Virus record (IMG/VR): IMGVR_UViG_3300038656_000077
Length of the DNA: 59,930 bases
Strand: one strand, 5' to 3'
Source: an uncultured virus (IMG/VR IMGVR_UViG_3300038656_000077)
Taxonomy: Duplodnaviria; Heunggongvirae; Uroviricota; Caudoviricetes
The position numbers and the translations under genes are program-made. The number at the start of each line of letters is the position of its first letter. Within the stretch, counting starts at the first letter, position 1. Shown here in pieces: positions 41,169 to 52,114 of this stretch. The notes beneath the pieces were generated by a model, which searched no databases, was not told the DNA's origin, and was given only the letters and a program-made list of their open reading frames with translations.

Positions 41169-42095
41169 CTATTGGTAAGGAAGCATTGGAACTTTATAGT
41201 GTCTGTAACTATCGTAGTTTTCTAACCTGACAGCATCTAAAGGAAGGCCGTCCCAAAATGCTTTGTAGTTCTTAATATCGCCAAATAGATAATCAGAAAA
41301 AACTAGGTTCTCCAACTTATGAATGTGTTTAGGTTTATTTAAAATTACATCTCGTGCATCGTCTATACTGTTACCATATAAATGTACATTATGTAAGTCT
41401 CCTGTAAGAGATAGCATTTTATGACCTGTAACAACCTCTAAAACCTTACCCAAATAGAAATAATACATTATATTCATAGGTAGCCCTAAAAACACATCAG
41501 AACTCCTCATAACCCAACTTAAATGGAAACCATAGCCTGTTTTACTACCGTACTCTACTTTCTCCATATCTACATTAAAGCCGTAGTGACATGGGGCGAG
41601 AGTCATTTGCTTTCTTTCCCTAGGATTCCAAATGTTAACCACAATGGAGCTATCCATAGGTCTTTCAATCATTTTACGCATAATATCCTCCATCTGGTCA
41701 AAAGTGCCACCAAACTTCCTATATTGATAAGAGTACACCTTGCCCATATCAAATAGTTCAAAATCTATATCACTGTGGTTATCTTTTATATCTTCAATAG
41801 GGATACCAGTTTTGTAACCCCTGAAATTATACCAATCCTTAGTCCAGAAGTTCACACCTGCTTCCCAATACTTTCTTATGTCTGTTTCACCTCGCATGAA
41901 AAGGGAAAGCTCTTTCATAGCCATCATAGGAAACGACTTCTTAAGGGAAATCGCAGGAACAGTATCAATGGGAACTTGAAACTGATATTTAGGCACATTG
42001 AGTCTTCTAACATTAACCCTATTAGGATCGTTATGGAATTTACCTGTTTTTAAAATGTATCTTAATAAATCTCTGTATTGTACGTCTACTGTCAT
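41169..42095 (-). CDS. thyA: Thymidylate synthase
   Basis: LAPCH, RSSDVFLGLPMN, NVHLY. Confidence 0.9.
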   Translation of the reverse strand: MTVDVQYRDLLRYILKTGKFHNDPNRVNVRRLNVPKYQFQVPIDTVPAISLKKSFPMMAMKELSLFMRGETDIRKYWEAGVNFWTKDWYNFRGYKTGIPIEDIKDNHSDIDFELFDMGKVYSYQYRKFGGTFDQMEDIMRKMIERPMDSSIVVNIWNPRERKQMTLAPCHYGFNVDMEKVEYGSKTGYGFHLSWVMRSSDVFLGLPMNIMYYFYLGKVLEVVTGHKMLSLTGDLHNVHLYGNSIDDARDVILNKPKHIHKLENLVFSDYLFGDIKNYKAFWDGLPLDAVRLENYDSYRHYKVPMLPYQ

Positions 42096-42169
42096 TTAGT
42101 CTTTGTTTTTTAGTTCGATGTGTATTTTGTTGTTGTGTCTAAGTGATGTTTTCCAATTCTTACCCGAAA

Positions 42170-42430
42170 TCAACCCTTTTGATTTTCTACGTATGGAGCT
42201 GAATCCAAATAAGCAAAACCCCAACCACCTTTTACACCTTCTTTTCTCAATCTTTCTTTAGCCCATTTTTCCCATGCATCATGTTGCTCTTGAGTAACAG
42301 GGTATAGCTTAAACCAATCAGGAGATTTAGCCTCTTTTGGATGGTTGTTAACTACTTCCTTAGAGTTGGTATTATAGTACTCTTCTAGCCACCAATCTCT
42401 AAGCTCTTCTATTGTTGTTTCTTTTTTCAT
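42170..42430 (-). CDS. Hypothetical protein
   Basis: 86 aa, Trp-rich. Confidence 0.6.
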   Translation of the reverse strand: MKKETTIEELRDWWLEEYYNTNSKEVVNNHPKEAKSPDWFKLYPVTQEQHDAWEKWAKERLRKEGVKGGWGFAYLDSAPYVENQKG

Positions 42431-42723
42431 AATTTAAATAAATATATGTATATGAAATAATTGATATGTTATAATTTTTCCCCAACCAAAGTATAAGTGA
42501 CCGTTATCACTTACATTGCTGTTTGGTTTTAGTTTCCGCATAAGCTAATTCTATAACCTTTTTCAAGTAGTTTTCTACTAACTGCTTTGCTTTTTCTTTT
42601 GGTGTCATAGTGAACTTTGGATTATATTTTGTTTGTGATACAAATATACAAAAAACAAACAGATAAATAAATAAACTATGTGTTAAAGTTCATATTGTTA
42701 TTAGTCAGTTAGACTACTAGAGC

Positions 42724-42930
42724 TTAGTAGAATTCAAATCTGTTAACATAGTGTAAACCTTTGGTGCTTTCTCTGTTACTCAACTTCTGCACATCTAAAA
42801 CAGCCTTTAGAGCCTCAAGCTCCTTAAAATGAATAAGTTCATGCGTATAAGTACTATCTTTTGTGTTAATAATAACAAAGTCGTGTATGCTATTAACTAC
42901 ATTAGCATTTTTAAATATTCTGTATGTCAT
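42724..42930 (-). CDS. Hypothetical protein
   Basis: 68 aa. Confidence 0.55.
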   Translation of the reverse strand: MTYRIFKNANVVNSIHDFVIINTKDSTYTHELIHFKELEALKAVLDVQKLSNRESTKGLHYVNRFEFY

Positions 42931-42933
42931 GTC

Positions 42934-43542
42934 TTAAGGTATGAAAATGTTTGTTGGGTTGTTTTTCTGAACGTCAATTAACGTGTACTTTTCTTTAAAC
43001 TTACTTAAATTGAAAGGCTTTACTATGAGGTGGGAACCGCTTTTGCTAGGTATTCTATCTATAATTTTATCACCATGAGGGACTATATCATTAACAAAGC
43101 GTCCTAAGTCTCGAACGTAGTCTGGATCATTCTGTTCTTCTCCATCTAAATCTATTACCCACTTCTTATTCTTATCATGCGAAAATTTACCACAAGCAGA
43201 AGTGTAAGTTTTGTAAACTTTATCATAATTCTCATTGATAAGGTTATCTGTCACTAATTTTAAATTCTGTAAAGCTGTCTTTTTAAAAGACCTTTTATTT
43301 AGATTAATTCCTGCACGAGCATTGAACACATTACACAGTTCAATAACTTCGGGTTTTATAAACTCCAAGTAATCTAAACTCTTGACAAAGTAAGCCTTGA
43401 TTAACCTACTGTTATTATTAGTACCATTTACTTTTACACCTTCTTTAGCGTCCTTTTTTCTTTGGATGACGCTTAGAAAGTAGAATTCATCGCTGTTGTT
43501 CCACTCTAATAACTTATTAATTTGCTTAAAATTATCTACCAT
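42934..43542 (-). CDS. Hypothetical phage protein with AEP-like motifs
   Basis: WVIDLD and SKSGSHLI. Confidence 0.6.
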   Translation of the reverse strand: MVDNFKQINKLLEWNNSDEFYFLSVIQRKKDAKEGVKVNGTNNNSRLIKAYFVKSLDYLEFIKPEVIELCNVFNARAGINLNKRSFKKTALQNLKLVTDNLINENYDKVYKTYTSACGKFSHDKNKKWVIDLDGEEQNDPDYVRDLGRFVNDIVPHGDKIIDRIPSKSGSHLIVKPFNLSKFKEKYTLIDVQKNNPTNIFIP

Positions 43543-43762
43543 AACTAAATTTGTTTTTTCAAATATACAAATAAAAAGTGTCTATGAAAGATATTTTAAC
43601 AAAAGGTTATTATTTTAATAACAATTCTCTAGCTTCTTTCATTTTTACAATTTTTAGTTTTAATTAATCGTAATAATCACACCCTCATCTGTCAAAAAAC
43701 ATTAAAACGATTTTACGACACGGTACGAACGGTAAGGATTACTTTCTGAATACAACCCTATA

Positions 43763-45709
43763 TTAATGAACATCTCCATATGAATCTGCATATTCAGCAG
43801 AAGCTCCAAATTCCACCCCATAATTAAAGATCTTATTTACTTTCCTAACACATTCAGCTAAATCCTTATCAAATTTATTTTTAGCTTCCTCTGTTTTATC
43901 TATGTATAAGCTTGCTTCATCATGTACATTCATAATAGGCTTATACCCCTTTTTCATAAGAAAGTACAAAAGGGAAAAATGTATTTTGCTACCAAAATTC
44001 TGGTTACAAGCCGAAAATTTAATGTGGTTAGAAGATAAGTATAGCCACATGTTAGTAAAAGGATTAAATACCCACTCTAAACCCCTAACAGTTTTAACTT
44101 GCAAAGAGTTTGTAAAAACTTTTACAGCTTTGTTTTTTGACCAGTACGCTGCGTGTAACTTTTCTCCCTCTTTTAAGCTTATGTCTGCTGTTTCTGCTAT
44201 TTTTTTAGCGGATGCGGAGTAAGTAGCAGCATAATTAGTTGTCTTCGCAGAGCTTCTTATCTTATTCAACTTTTGAAATAGCTTAGACATCTCCTCTTCT
44301 GGAATGTCCTCAAAAAACTGAGGGACTTTACCCTCTTTACCTTTTTTATACCACTTAAAGAATTCAGCCTCTTCCTCAGACAACATCCCAGACTCTATTC
44401 CAATAGATAAATGTGGGTCATAAGAAGGGTCAGACATTTCTTTTACATACTCAGGGTCTATATCAATAATACAACTCCTCTTAGTCCTATCTTCTAAAGA
44501 GTCCAAATCATAGTTTACGAAGTACTTATCTTCAGGGGCAATTAGAACCTTTCTTACAAGTTCACCATAGTCTGAGTCATTACTAGGTAAGTTTACTATA
44601 GGTTTAGTATGCTTTACACGCCATGTCTTTGCAATAGAATTAAATCTGGAAGTTACATACCCATCTTCTGTCATAGTGTCTAAGAAGGCCTTTAGATAGC
44701 CTCTACGGTGTTGTGCTACACTCATGCCTTGTAAAGCCTCTAGTTCAGGAAAGCCCTCAAACATGCTAGTTATAGAGATACATAGATTTTTATCATCATC
44801 CCTTAATTGAGGAACTTTACCATTAGCTCCATCTTTAAACAGTTTAGGCTTCCATTTTTTACTAAATAAGAAGTCTTTTACCTGCTTCGTTGATGAAGGA
44901 TTAGGCTCCTCATATTTTATTATATATTCTAGCTCTCCTTCGTAATTTTCCGATACCCCATAGTGCTCTGTTAATTTTAACCATTTTTGACCAGAAACCG
45001 TTGGGTCTCCATCTTGTTTATATATTGATTTTGGTTTTTTCTTTTTAGCAGTGATCGCTATCTTAGGCATTATTTTTTTAAGCTCTTCTTCTTTCTTTTT
45101 TATAATGCTATCTACATATTCAAGGTTTTCTTTACATAGTTCTACGTGAAGCTTTATCTTATTTTCCTCTTGAGCTCTTATAACTTCCCTTATAAAATTA
45201 CCTAAATTGATAATACCTTCTAAGCCTTCCCTATTTTCAACATACAACTCTTTTAGATAGGCGTAAAAATCCTCCCAAATTATTTGATTTATAGCAACAT
45301 CAGCCTCACACCTTTCAACATACTCTTCATAAGTAAGGTTCTCCCAATCTGTCATTTCTACTTTATCGACTCCATTTATCTCTTTAGCCCAAGATTCTAA
45401 AGAATGAGAGTTTCTTTTAGGGTATAGGTATTGACTAAGGGTTAAAGTATCTACTATAAAAGCATTGAAATCTATATCAGGATACACCTTTTGAAGAGCA
45501 GGTTTATCAAAAGAAATAAAGTTATGTCCAACAATAATGTTATTAGGGTTTTCAAAAACTTTTCTAACGTCTTCTTTATTTGGAGTAGACTTAGTTTTCC
45601 ACCCTTCAGATGTTAAATATCTCACAGACATTACATGCATCTTAGTAAGCACGCCTAAGAACCCATCAAACTCACAATCCACTATATAAACACTATCTAA
45701 ATCAATCAT
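43763..45709 (-). CDS. DNA polymerase family A with 3'-5' exonuclease
   Basis: VDCE, GHNFISFD, RCEADV; motif A DLDSLEDR, motif B RSSAKTTNY, motif C VHDE. Confidence 0.92.
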   Translation of the reverse strand: MIDLDSVYIVDCEFDGFLGVLTKMHVMSVRYLTSEGWKTKSTPNKEDVRKVFENPNNIIVGHNFISFDKPALQKVYPDIDFNAFIVDTLTLSQYLYPKRNSHSLESWAKEINGVDKVEMTDWENLTYEEYVERCEADVAINQIIWEDFYAYLKELYVENREGLEGIINLGNFIREVIRAQEENKIKLHVELCKENLEYVDSIIKKKEEELKKIMPKIAITAKKKKPKSIYKQDGDPTVSGQKWLKLTEHYGVSENYEGELEYIIKYEEPNPSSTKQVKDFLFSKKWKPKLFKDGANGKVPQLRDDDKNLCISITSMFEGFPELEALQGMSVAQHRRGYLKAFLDTMTEDGYVTSRFNSIAKTWRVKHTKPIVNLPSNDSDYGELVRKVLIAPEDKYFVNYDLDSLEDRTKRSCIIDIDPEYVKEMSDPSYDPHLSIGIESGMLSEEEAEFFKWYKKGKEGKVPQFFEDIPEEEMSKLFQKLNKIRSSAKTTNYAATYSASAKKIAETADISLKEGEKLHAAYWSKNKAVKVFTNSLQVKTVRGLEWVFNPFTNMWLYLSSNHIKFSACNQNFGSKIHFSLLYFLMKKGYKPIMNVHDEASLYIDKTEEAKNKFDKDLAECVRKVNKIFNYGVEFGASAEYADSYGDVH

Positions 45710-46100
45710 AAAACTTCTTAATTTTTTAGTTGTTTAAATGTTGAGACCATTATCGCTATCAATACGATCGAAGAAAAGCTAAGCATCATCAGCGATATTT
45801 TTGAGATACCTATCATAAATCCATAGAAGGTTATGCTAGACATTATAGTCGATAAAATTAAACTAAGTATAAAGTTAAATATTTTTTCCATTAATTTCCA
45901 ATTTTAAGCAAATATATAACAATTAGTTGGTTTGTCTTTTTAATAATGTGTTAAAGTTTTTATTTTTTGGCTCATCTACAATTTTTTAATTTGTAGTTCG
46001 CCTGTCTTACAGTACAACTTTATTTTAGACTTATAGCCTTTAGGTTGTAACATTGATTTAAGTTTTTGTACTTTAGTGGTTTCCATAACGAGTTTTTCAA

Positions 46101-47000
46101 TTAATCTTTTAACGGTGTTGGATAACTAGTCCCTTTTGTGAACATTTGAGTAGCGGTTCTTAAATAGTTAGAAGTTCCCTTACTTAAATATTCATTCTCT
46201 ATGATCCTATCTTGTAGCACATCCCACAACTCTTCTAAACCATAAAACATAGATAAGCCTCCTGCAATAAAACTAGCTGATAATACTTGGTTATGTCCGT
46301 TATCATCTATTCGGTCTATCAAAGTTTTTATTAATTTTTCACAACGCCTTTTTTCTTTATTTGTGTGTTCCCCTTTTGCTTCTGGTATGTTCTCTGGTAT
46401 ATCAAAAGTGTCTTCTTTATACCCTTTGAGGTCACTGCCTACAGCATTTTCTCTGAGTAAAGCTTCTTCGTCCCAAGAGTTGAACAGTGGTAAAACGCAT
46501 CTGCAATTACTATAATCAAAACCTGCAAACTTATCTAGGTGATGCGCTATGCCAAAATAGTAATCTTTATATTCGTCTACATTTTTAGGAGCTTTTTCTA
46601 ATAAAAAAATAAATTTCGCCCCTGTTTTAGAAGGACTAAGAAAAGCAAATATGCAACTTTGAAACTTATTAAACACATATTCTTTTAAGACTTCTGCATA
46701 TTTTATTTTATCATATTCTAAAACAACAAAAGGTAAAAATTCTTTTATATTAGCATAATCTCTGTATGAACACCTAACAGAAGGTGTGGTGAAAAATAGG
46801 CTATCTTGTTTTAATTTATCTTTAAGTTTTAGATTTCCGTTTATTGCCGCCTGCTCAATATCTTTAAAAGCCTCTCTCATCTTCTCTTTAGGGTTCTTTA
46901 TAGCATTTACAAACTGCCGTAAAGTTATATCGCCCGCAGGCACAACTGATTTAATCCCTTTGTTGTACCAAGAAAATTTTAAATCCATATAATTGCTCAT
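46101..47000 (-). CDS. Primase-like protein (BT4734/VirE N-terminal-like)
   Basis: K..L.F.TPS, LEYD, FLSPSKTGAK. Confidence 0.7.
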   Translation of the reverse strand: MSNYMDLKFSWYNKGIKSVVPAGDITLRQFVNAIKNPKEKMREAFKDIEQAAINGNLKLKDKLKQDSLFFTTPSVRCSYRDYANIKEFLPFVVLEYDKIKYAEVLKEYVFNKFQSCIFAFLSPSKTGAKFIFLLEKAPKNVDEYKDYYFGIAHHLDKFAGFDYSNCRCVLPLFNSWDEEALLRENAVGSDLKGYKEDTFDIPENIPEAKGEHTNKEKRRCEKLIKTLIDRIDDNGHNQVLSASFIAGGLSMFYGLEELWDVLQDRIIENEYLSKGTSNYLRTATQMFTKGTSYPTPLKD

Positions 47001-47108
47001 AATTTTCTTTTAGTGTGTTATAGCAAAGTCTGCTTCTGTTTTCACAAATATAATCAAAAATAAAACCCCTGCAAAGCGCAAGGGTTGAAATTAATAATAG
47101 TTTAACAT

Positions 47109-48269
47109 TTAAAATGGGACTTCATCATTGCTATTACTAAAATCTGGTGGGTCAAAGGCTGTAGAAGTATTCCCTTGTAGTAAGTCTTTATATAGATTTT
47201 CCTGTGTTTGTTTTGGTTTAGAAAAATCTGGTGGTGCTAATTTAGAGAAGGTATCATCTTTTTTGTTTTCAGACTTCATCCTGTTTAACTGCTCTTCTGT
47301 AAGCTCCATTTCTCTTATAAACAAGTTTCGGTAAGGTTGATCTGACTCCCTAGTTTTCAATACAAAGTAGAACATATTACCCGTGGTGTCAAAGGATACC
47401 TTGCCTTTACTGTCTTCATCTCCCATATAGTCTTCTAGCCAATCGTACCTTTCTTTGTTTACTTTTAAGAACTGTGATACCCCCATCTTAAATGGGTCCA
47501 TTATGCCAATAATGTAAGAACTTAAAAATTCAAAATGAGAACTGCCGTATATCATGCTAGCTCTAGGTATCATACCATTATTCTTGTCGGCTATTGTGGA
47601 AAAACTAGACCTATTAAACTGAGAAAGTAATATAAAATATACATTCTTAAACTCTTTTCTTAATTGGTTTATATAAGCTGTAAGAGTCTCTAGAGGGTCT
47701 TCTGACCTATCAGTTTTCTTTAAAAGTAAAACGTGGTCTAAGCTGATAATTACACCCGCTTTATCTTTGTTTAGTTCGCAAAAGTTTCTTGTCATCTCGT
47801 AGAACTCTCTGGTAGTTATGCTTTCTTCACACACAAACCTTCTTTTATCTTGGAGTCCTTTGTAGTACCTTTTTACAATCTCTCTTTCTTCCTTTGTAAA
47901 TTCCTCTTGCAGAATGTCACTTTTCTTTTTACCTGTTCTTTTGTTTGTGTCTCGAAGTATTCTATTTAAGAACTTCATTTCCAAACTATATTCCAGAGAA
48001 ACTATTTCAGAGGCTTCAGGATTGACTTTTTCGTCTAATATTAAATCTAAGGTGTCAAACAGCAATTTAGTTTTACCTACACCACTGTTAGCAGCATAGA
48101 CAATAACGTCTGAAGGTAAAAGACCTTGTATATGACAGTCAATAAAATCTTGACCTGACTTTATTATAGACCTGTCTCCTTTCTGTAAATCTGTTAAGTA
48201 AGAAAACGATTCCTTGGCTAAAGACCCTGCATTTTTAATTCTTGAATCTATTTTTATTTCTTCTGACAT
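47109..48269 (-). CDS. DnaB-like replicative helicase
   Basis: AANSGVGKT, SLEM, LDH, LLSQFNR. Confidence 0.85.
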   Translation of the reverse strand: MSEEIKIDSRIKNAGSLAKESFSYLTDLQKGDRSIIKSGQDFIDCHIQGLLPSDVIVYAANSGVGKTKLLFDTLDLILDEKVNPEASEIVSLEYSLEMKFLNRILRDTNKRTGKKKSDILQEEFTKEEREIVKRYYKGLQDKRRFVCEESITTREFYEMTRNFCELNKDKAGVIISLDHVLLLKKTDRSEDPLETLTAYINQLRKEFKNVYFILLSQFNRSSFSTIADKNNGMIPRASMIYGSSHFEFLSSYIIGIMDPFKMGVSQFLKVNKERYDWLEDYMGDEDSKGKVSFDTTGNMFYFVLKTRESDQPYRNLFIREMELTEEQLNRMKSENKKDDTFSKLAPPDFSKPKQTQENLYKDLLQGNTSTAFDPPDFSNSNDEVPF

Positions 48270-48273
48270 GTAA

Positions 48274-48951
48274 TTATTTTTCGATTTTTAAACCTTTGTG
48301 TTTCCAATAGTTGTTGACATAGTTTTCATTGTCTTGATAATATGACCATAAAGGAGAGTTTTCTAACTGATATTCCCTAGCAAATCTGTCTGGTGGTGTC
48401 CATAAAACATTTTCCGCTTTAGAAGATAAAATGCCTCTTGGGTTTTCCTCTTTGAACTCATTAAACTTTATGTTAAAAGGTCTTTTATCATTTACATCTT
48501 CTATATAAGTATCGTTAATGAAGCATTCTAATAAGGCAGCTAAATAATTTTTATATATCTGTGTCTCATTACTGAACCAATGTATTCTTCTTTGCAACTC
48601 TTTTTGATTACTTTTTACACTTGTAACCCTTTTGCTATATAGTTTTTTAAGCCACTCTGCTATCTTTTCTGCGTCTTCATCAGGTTTACCATAAGAAGTC
48701 AAATCTCTTAATAGCTTGTTCCCTTTTTTAGTAAGTCTGTGTTTACTCAGCTCCGAATCTCCTTTCTTGCCTTTTATCGTATTAATATAGCCGTCCTCAT
48801 AGGCTTTATACAAAAATTCATCAGTTACTACCATAGCAAGTGTGTTGTCTAACTCAGGTTGGTATTTTAACTGTTTCACTATCTGGAAAATTAAAACATC
48901 TAGGGGTGATAATCCTTTATTTTCTGCGTATTCAAAATTAAAATATGCCAT
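48274..48951 (-). CDS. Hypothetical replication-associated protein
   Basis: 225 aa immediately upstream of the helicase. Confidence 0.65.
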   Translation of the reverse strand: MAYFNFEYAENKGLSPLDVLIFQIVKQLKYQPELDNTLAMVVTDEFLYKAYEDGYINTIKGKKGDSELSKHRLTKKGNKLLRDLTSYGKPDEDAEKIAEWLKKLYSKRVTSVKSNQKELQRRIHWFSNETQIYKNYLAALLECFINDTYIEDVNDKRPFNIKFNEFKEENPRGILSSKAENVLWTPPDRFAREYQLENSPLWSYYQDNENYVNNYWKHKGLKIEK

Positions 48952-49136
48952 AATTTTTCTTGATTTTTTAACTAAATGTTAAATACAGCACCACACCTAT
49001 GAGCCCCAATAGAATACTAAGTATGAAAGGTATGAAATATGTAGAACTATTTGTAGGTAAACCTGTAACTGGACACCCCGTAAGTTCTGAATAAGCTATA
49101 TAGTCTTCTTCCTTTAGTTTCTTTAAATAGTCCTTA

Positions 49137-49643
49137 TCAATCATTTAAAAATTGTTTTAAATTAGGTTCAAAATAGTTCTCGCTTTTTAGTATCTTTCCA
49201 ATAGGCCTTGTATTATCCATTTTACCATTCTGACCATTAATAATAGGTTCACTATTTTCATCTAACTTTGACATGTTTGACCTATGAATTTCTGAAAACA
49301 CATCGTCTATAATATTTTGCATCCCATGAGAGACAATAGAGCCTAACACTATATATAATGAATCTCCAAGTGCATCTGCAATTTCAATCATATCATTATT
49401 TTGACATGCTTCTAGGTACTCTTCATTTTCTTCTCGGAGAAGTTTGAACCGTAATTCATAATCTTGCGGGGATATAAAAGAAGGCTTATCATTATAAGTG
49501 CTTTTAAATGCCTTTTGAAAATCTTCTAGTTTACTTAATTGTTCTTTCACTCCTTTAGTGTCTGTTAAACTTTTCGGTTTTTCTTTTTTTCGTGTTAAGC
49601 TCTCCCACTCATCGTCCGTATACTTATCTCTTAGATTTCCCAT
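49137..49643 (-). CDS. MazG-like / PRA-PH nucleotide pyrophosphohydrolase
   Basis: EENEEY, EIADALGD, EIHRSNMSK, GKILK. Confidence 0.85.
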   Translation of the reverse strand: MGNLRDKYTDDEWESLTRKKEKPKSLTDTKGVKEQLSKLEDFQKAFKSTYNDKPSFISPQDYELRFKLLREENEEYLEACQNNDMIEIADALGDSLYIVLGSIVSHGMQNIIDDVFSEIHRSNMSKLDENSEPIINGQNGKMDNTRPIGKILKSENYFEPNLKQFLND

Positions 49644-49953
49644 TGTCTTTATTTAAATTGTCAAACATTACTTTTTCGTAATTTATAGTTTTACTAGGGC
49701 TAACGCCTAGTACTCCATATTGGTTGTAGTTGTAAACCTCTAAAGTGTTCTCGTCTTTTACCTTTATGAACTGTGTGGGTCTTAAATCTCTCATCCCATA
49801 CTCGTTGCATCTGTAAACTTTAAAACCCCTCTCAGTCTTTTCTATCGACTTGCTAGGTCTCAGCATTTTTAGACCAAATCTGTTATGATTGTAGATTTCT
49901 ATATCTTGACCAAAGCCAAGCAAAGGTAGTAAAAATATTAAGAAATACTTCAT
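49624..49953 (-). CDS. Signal-peptide protein with three internal repeats
   Basis: MKYFLIFLLPLLGFGQ; (I/V)Y..N.(F/Y)G.....P x3. Confidence 0.65.
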   Translation of the reverse strand: MKYFLIFLLPLLGFGQDIEIYNHNRFGLKMLRPSKSIEKTERGFKVYRCNEYGMRDLRPTQFIKVKDENTLEVYNYNQYGVLGVSPSKTINYEKVMFDNLNKDNGKSKR

Positions 49954-50273
49954 GTTACTTGATTTAATTTACCATTTGTGACATAAATCTTTGGTAGTGC
50001 ACTTATAATTTGCTCAATGCTAGATAATTTATCTAAGATACCTTGTACGGAATTTTGGGGCTTTACAACTTGCTCTATATAATCTCTTATACACGCACCT
50101 ATAGTAGGAAAATAAACAGTCTCTGTTACCTCTTTTGGTTCTGTTTTTCCTGTCTTTCTTCTGCCCCCATTTTTAGTTTTCTCTGTGACTTCAACTTCTC
50201 TTTCAAAAGTTTTAAGAAGTTTCCAAGCGTAAGTATCTGGTTCAATTGTATAATTTTCGTCTAGCTTTATCAT
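49950..50273 (-). CDS. Hypothetical protein
   Basis: 107 aa. Confidence 0.65.
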   Translation of the reverse strand: MIKLDENYTIEPDTYAWKLLKTFEREVEVTEKTKNGGRRKTGKTEPKEVTETVYFPTIGACIRDYIEQVVKPQNSVQGILDKLSSIEQIISALPKIYVTNGKLNQVT

Positions 50274-50444
50274 TTTATTTAAGATTTTACTTTGTTAATC
50301 AATTCTTTACATTCATTTATTACTTTTAACATGTTTTCACATATCGTCTCATCGAGCTTACGCCCTTTATGGCAATTCAACTCTAGGACTATGTACTGCA
50401 ACTTGTTAAGTATTTTCTCTTCTGTTGTTTCTTCCATTCACCGC

Positions 50445-51351
50445 TTAAATTTTAGATTTTGATAACTCTTTTAATTTTTGTAAACCTTTGACCTGATTGT
50501 CAAAAAAACTATTAAAGAATATTAGCCCTGTATTATTCTCGAAAACTTTGGTGCAATGGGAAGGACATATTCCATCTTTCTCCCTTATTCCTCTAATTGT
50601 GCCAAAAACGTAGACAGTTCCTCCTTTAAATAGCAAGTGTGCTTTCATAATTATGTTTCTTTTACACAAATATACACCAAAGAAAAAGCCCTACAAAATG
50701 TAAGGCTTACTTTTAATATAGATTTAACTTTTCAAGATGAACTCTAATAGTTATAAATTTTAAATTTTTCACAATTTTATTTTTTTGAACACAACCAATA
50801 AAATAAATATAAATATTATGGTTATACCATAGATAGGATTATCAATTGAAGATGCTGGTTCTCCTACATCATTACAATGAGGATTTTTTGGTCTTGATTC
50901 ACACCAGCAAGGTGTAAATGGTGCTTTACATTCATCTTTTATTTTTTCAGGCTTGTTATTAGTGTATTGTTCTAATGCGTCTCCAAATCCTTGTGTAAAA
51001 TAAACCATTGTATTTTGTATAAACTGTTATTACTGTTCACGGCCATGTCGTTGCCAACTCTTAAATCTCCGTTAGGTAGTATCGTACCGTTAAATTTTTC
51101 TTTCAACAACTGCTGATAGAGCTTTGACGAATCAACACAATATATCCTTTTACTTTTTCTCATAATTTTGATCCTTTTTTTCTACGTTCTTTCCTTAAAT
51201 GAAGCGGTGTAAAAATCCCTATAAGAGCTATACCCATCATCAGTAAAACAACCGAATGACTAAAATTAATACGTGATAAAGGTATTCCTACCACCAAGTT
51301 GAATAATGACACTAAGGTGAGCATTATTCCTATAATTACAATATTTTTCAA
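50445..51351 (-). CDS. Small genes 50445-50648, 50769-~51008 (C-terminal TM), 50972-51163, 51160-51351 (2 TM)
   Basis: Short minus-strand ORFs. Confidence 0.5.
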
Positions 51352-51415
51352 ATTATCTATTTTAATGACAAATATAACACAACTACTCTATTGAAAAGTA
51401 GGACTTAACAAAATT

Positions 51416-52114
51416 TTAACTAAAGAATTTAGTATAGGTTGAGTAACACTCGCTAATTTCTTTTGCTATTCTATCCATCTCTTCTAAAGCATACTTCACA
51501 CGCTCTTTGTTATATTCGATTGGTATTTCAAACTGTTCTTTTGATAGGTTTAATGGTGGCTTTACATGACTTCCTGTTCTACGTATAAAATACACATCTG
51601 TTTTGTCTATCTCAAAACCTTGTTGTTCTAGCGCATAAGAATATAATACTACTTGTTTATAATCTTTTGACGCATACTTATCTTCCTTATTTTTACCCCC
51701 TGTTTTCATATCTCTCACCCAAGCTTTTTTATCTTCGGCTCTGAAAACATCTATAAAACCAATTATAACATATTCTCCTCTATCAATAAGAATCATTTTT
51801 TCGTATTCTGCCCCTTTGGGTCTTAATGCATTTAAATCTACATTATCTTCACCTGTAAAACCCAATGGATTTTCTCCAAATTTTCCTGTTTCAACAGCCT
51901 CTCCTAAATACGTACCTAAATGAGCGTAACTTCCTGATGGTATTTCTATGCCAACAAACTTCTTTTTTATTAGATCTTCTCTGTATCCTTGCCAGCTTTC
52001 TGACGTGCTGTAAGATAAATAGGGTTTTCCTAAATGAGGTTCACAAAGTTCTTTATTGTCTTCGTAAAACCAACTGTCTTTTGTAAGTGCTGTAGGTAAA
52101 TTAATTTTATCCAT
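51416..52114 (-). CDS. PD-(D/E)XK exonuclease (RecB/Cas4-like)
   Basis: LSYS, YE, GFID, DMKTG, Q..LY. Confidence 0.85.
   Translation of the reverse strand: MDKINLPTALTKDSWFYEDNKELCEPHLGKPYLSYSTSESWQGYREDLIKKKFVGIEIPSGSYAHLGTYLGEAVETGKFGENPLGFTGEDNVDLNALRPKGAEYEKMILIDRGEYVIIGFIDVFRAEDKKAWVRDMKTGGKNKEDKYASKDYKQVVLYSYALEQQGFEIDKTDVYFIRRTGSHVKPPLNLSKEQFEIPIEYNKERVKYALEEMDRIAKEISECYSTYTKFFS

Noticed and set aside
41169..42095. dCMP hydroxymethylase or modified-base pathway
   Set aside because: Retains Asn in GLPMN, typical of dUMP-specific ThyA; no modification genes adjacent.
51416..52114. cas4 of a CRISPR system
   Set aside because: No Fe-S cysteine set, no array; ordinary phage exonuclease context.
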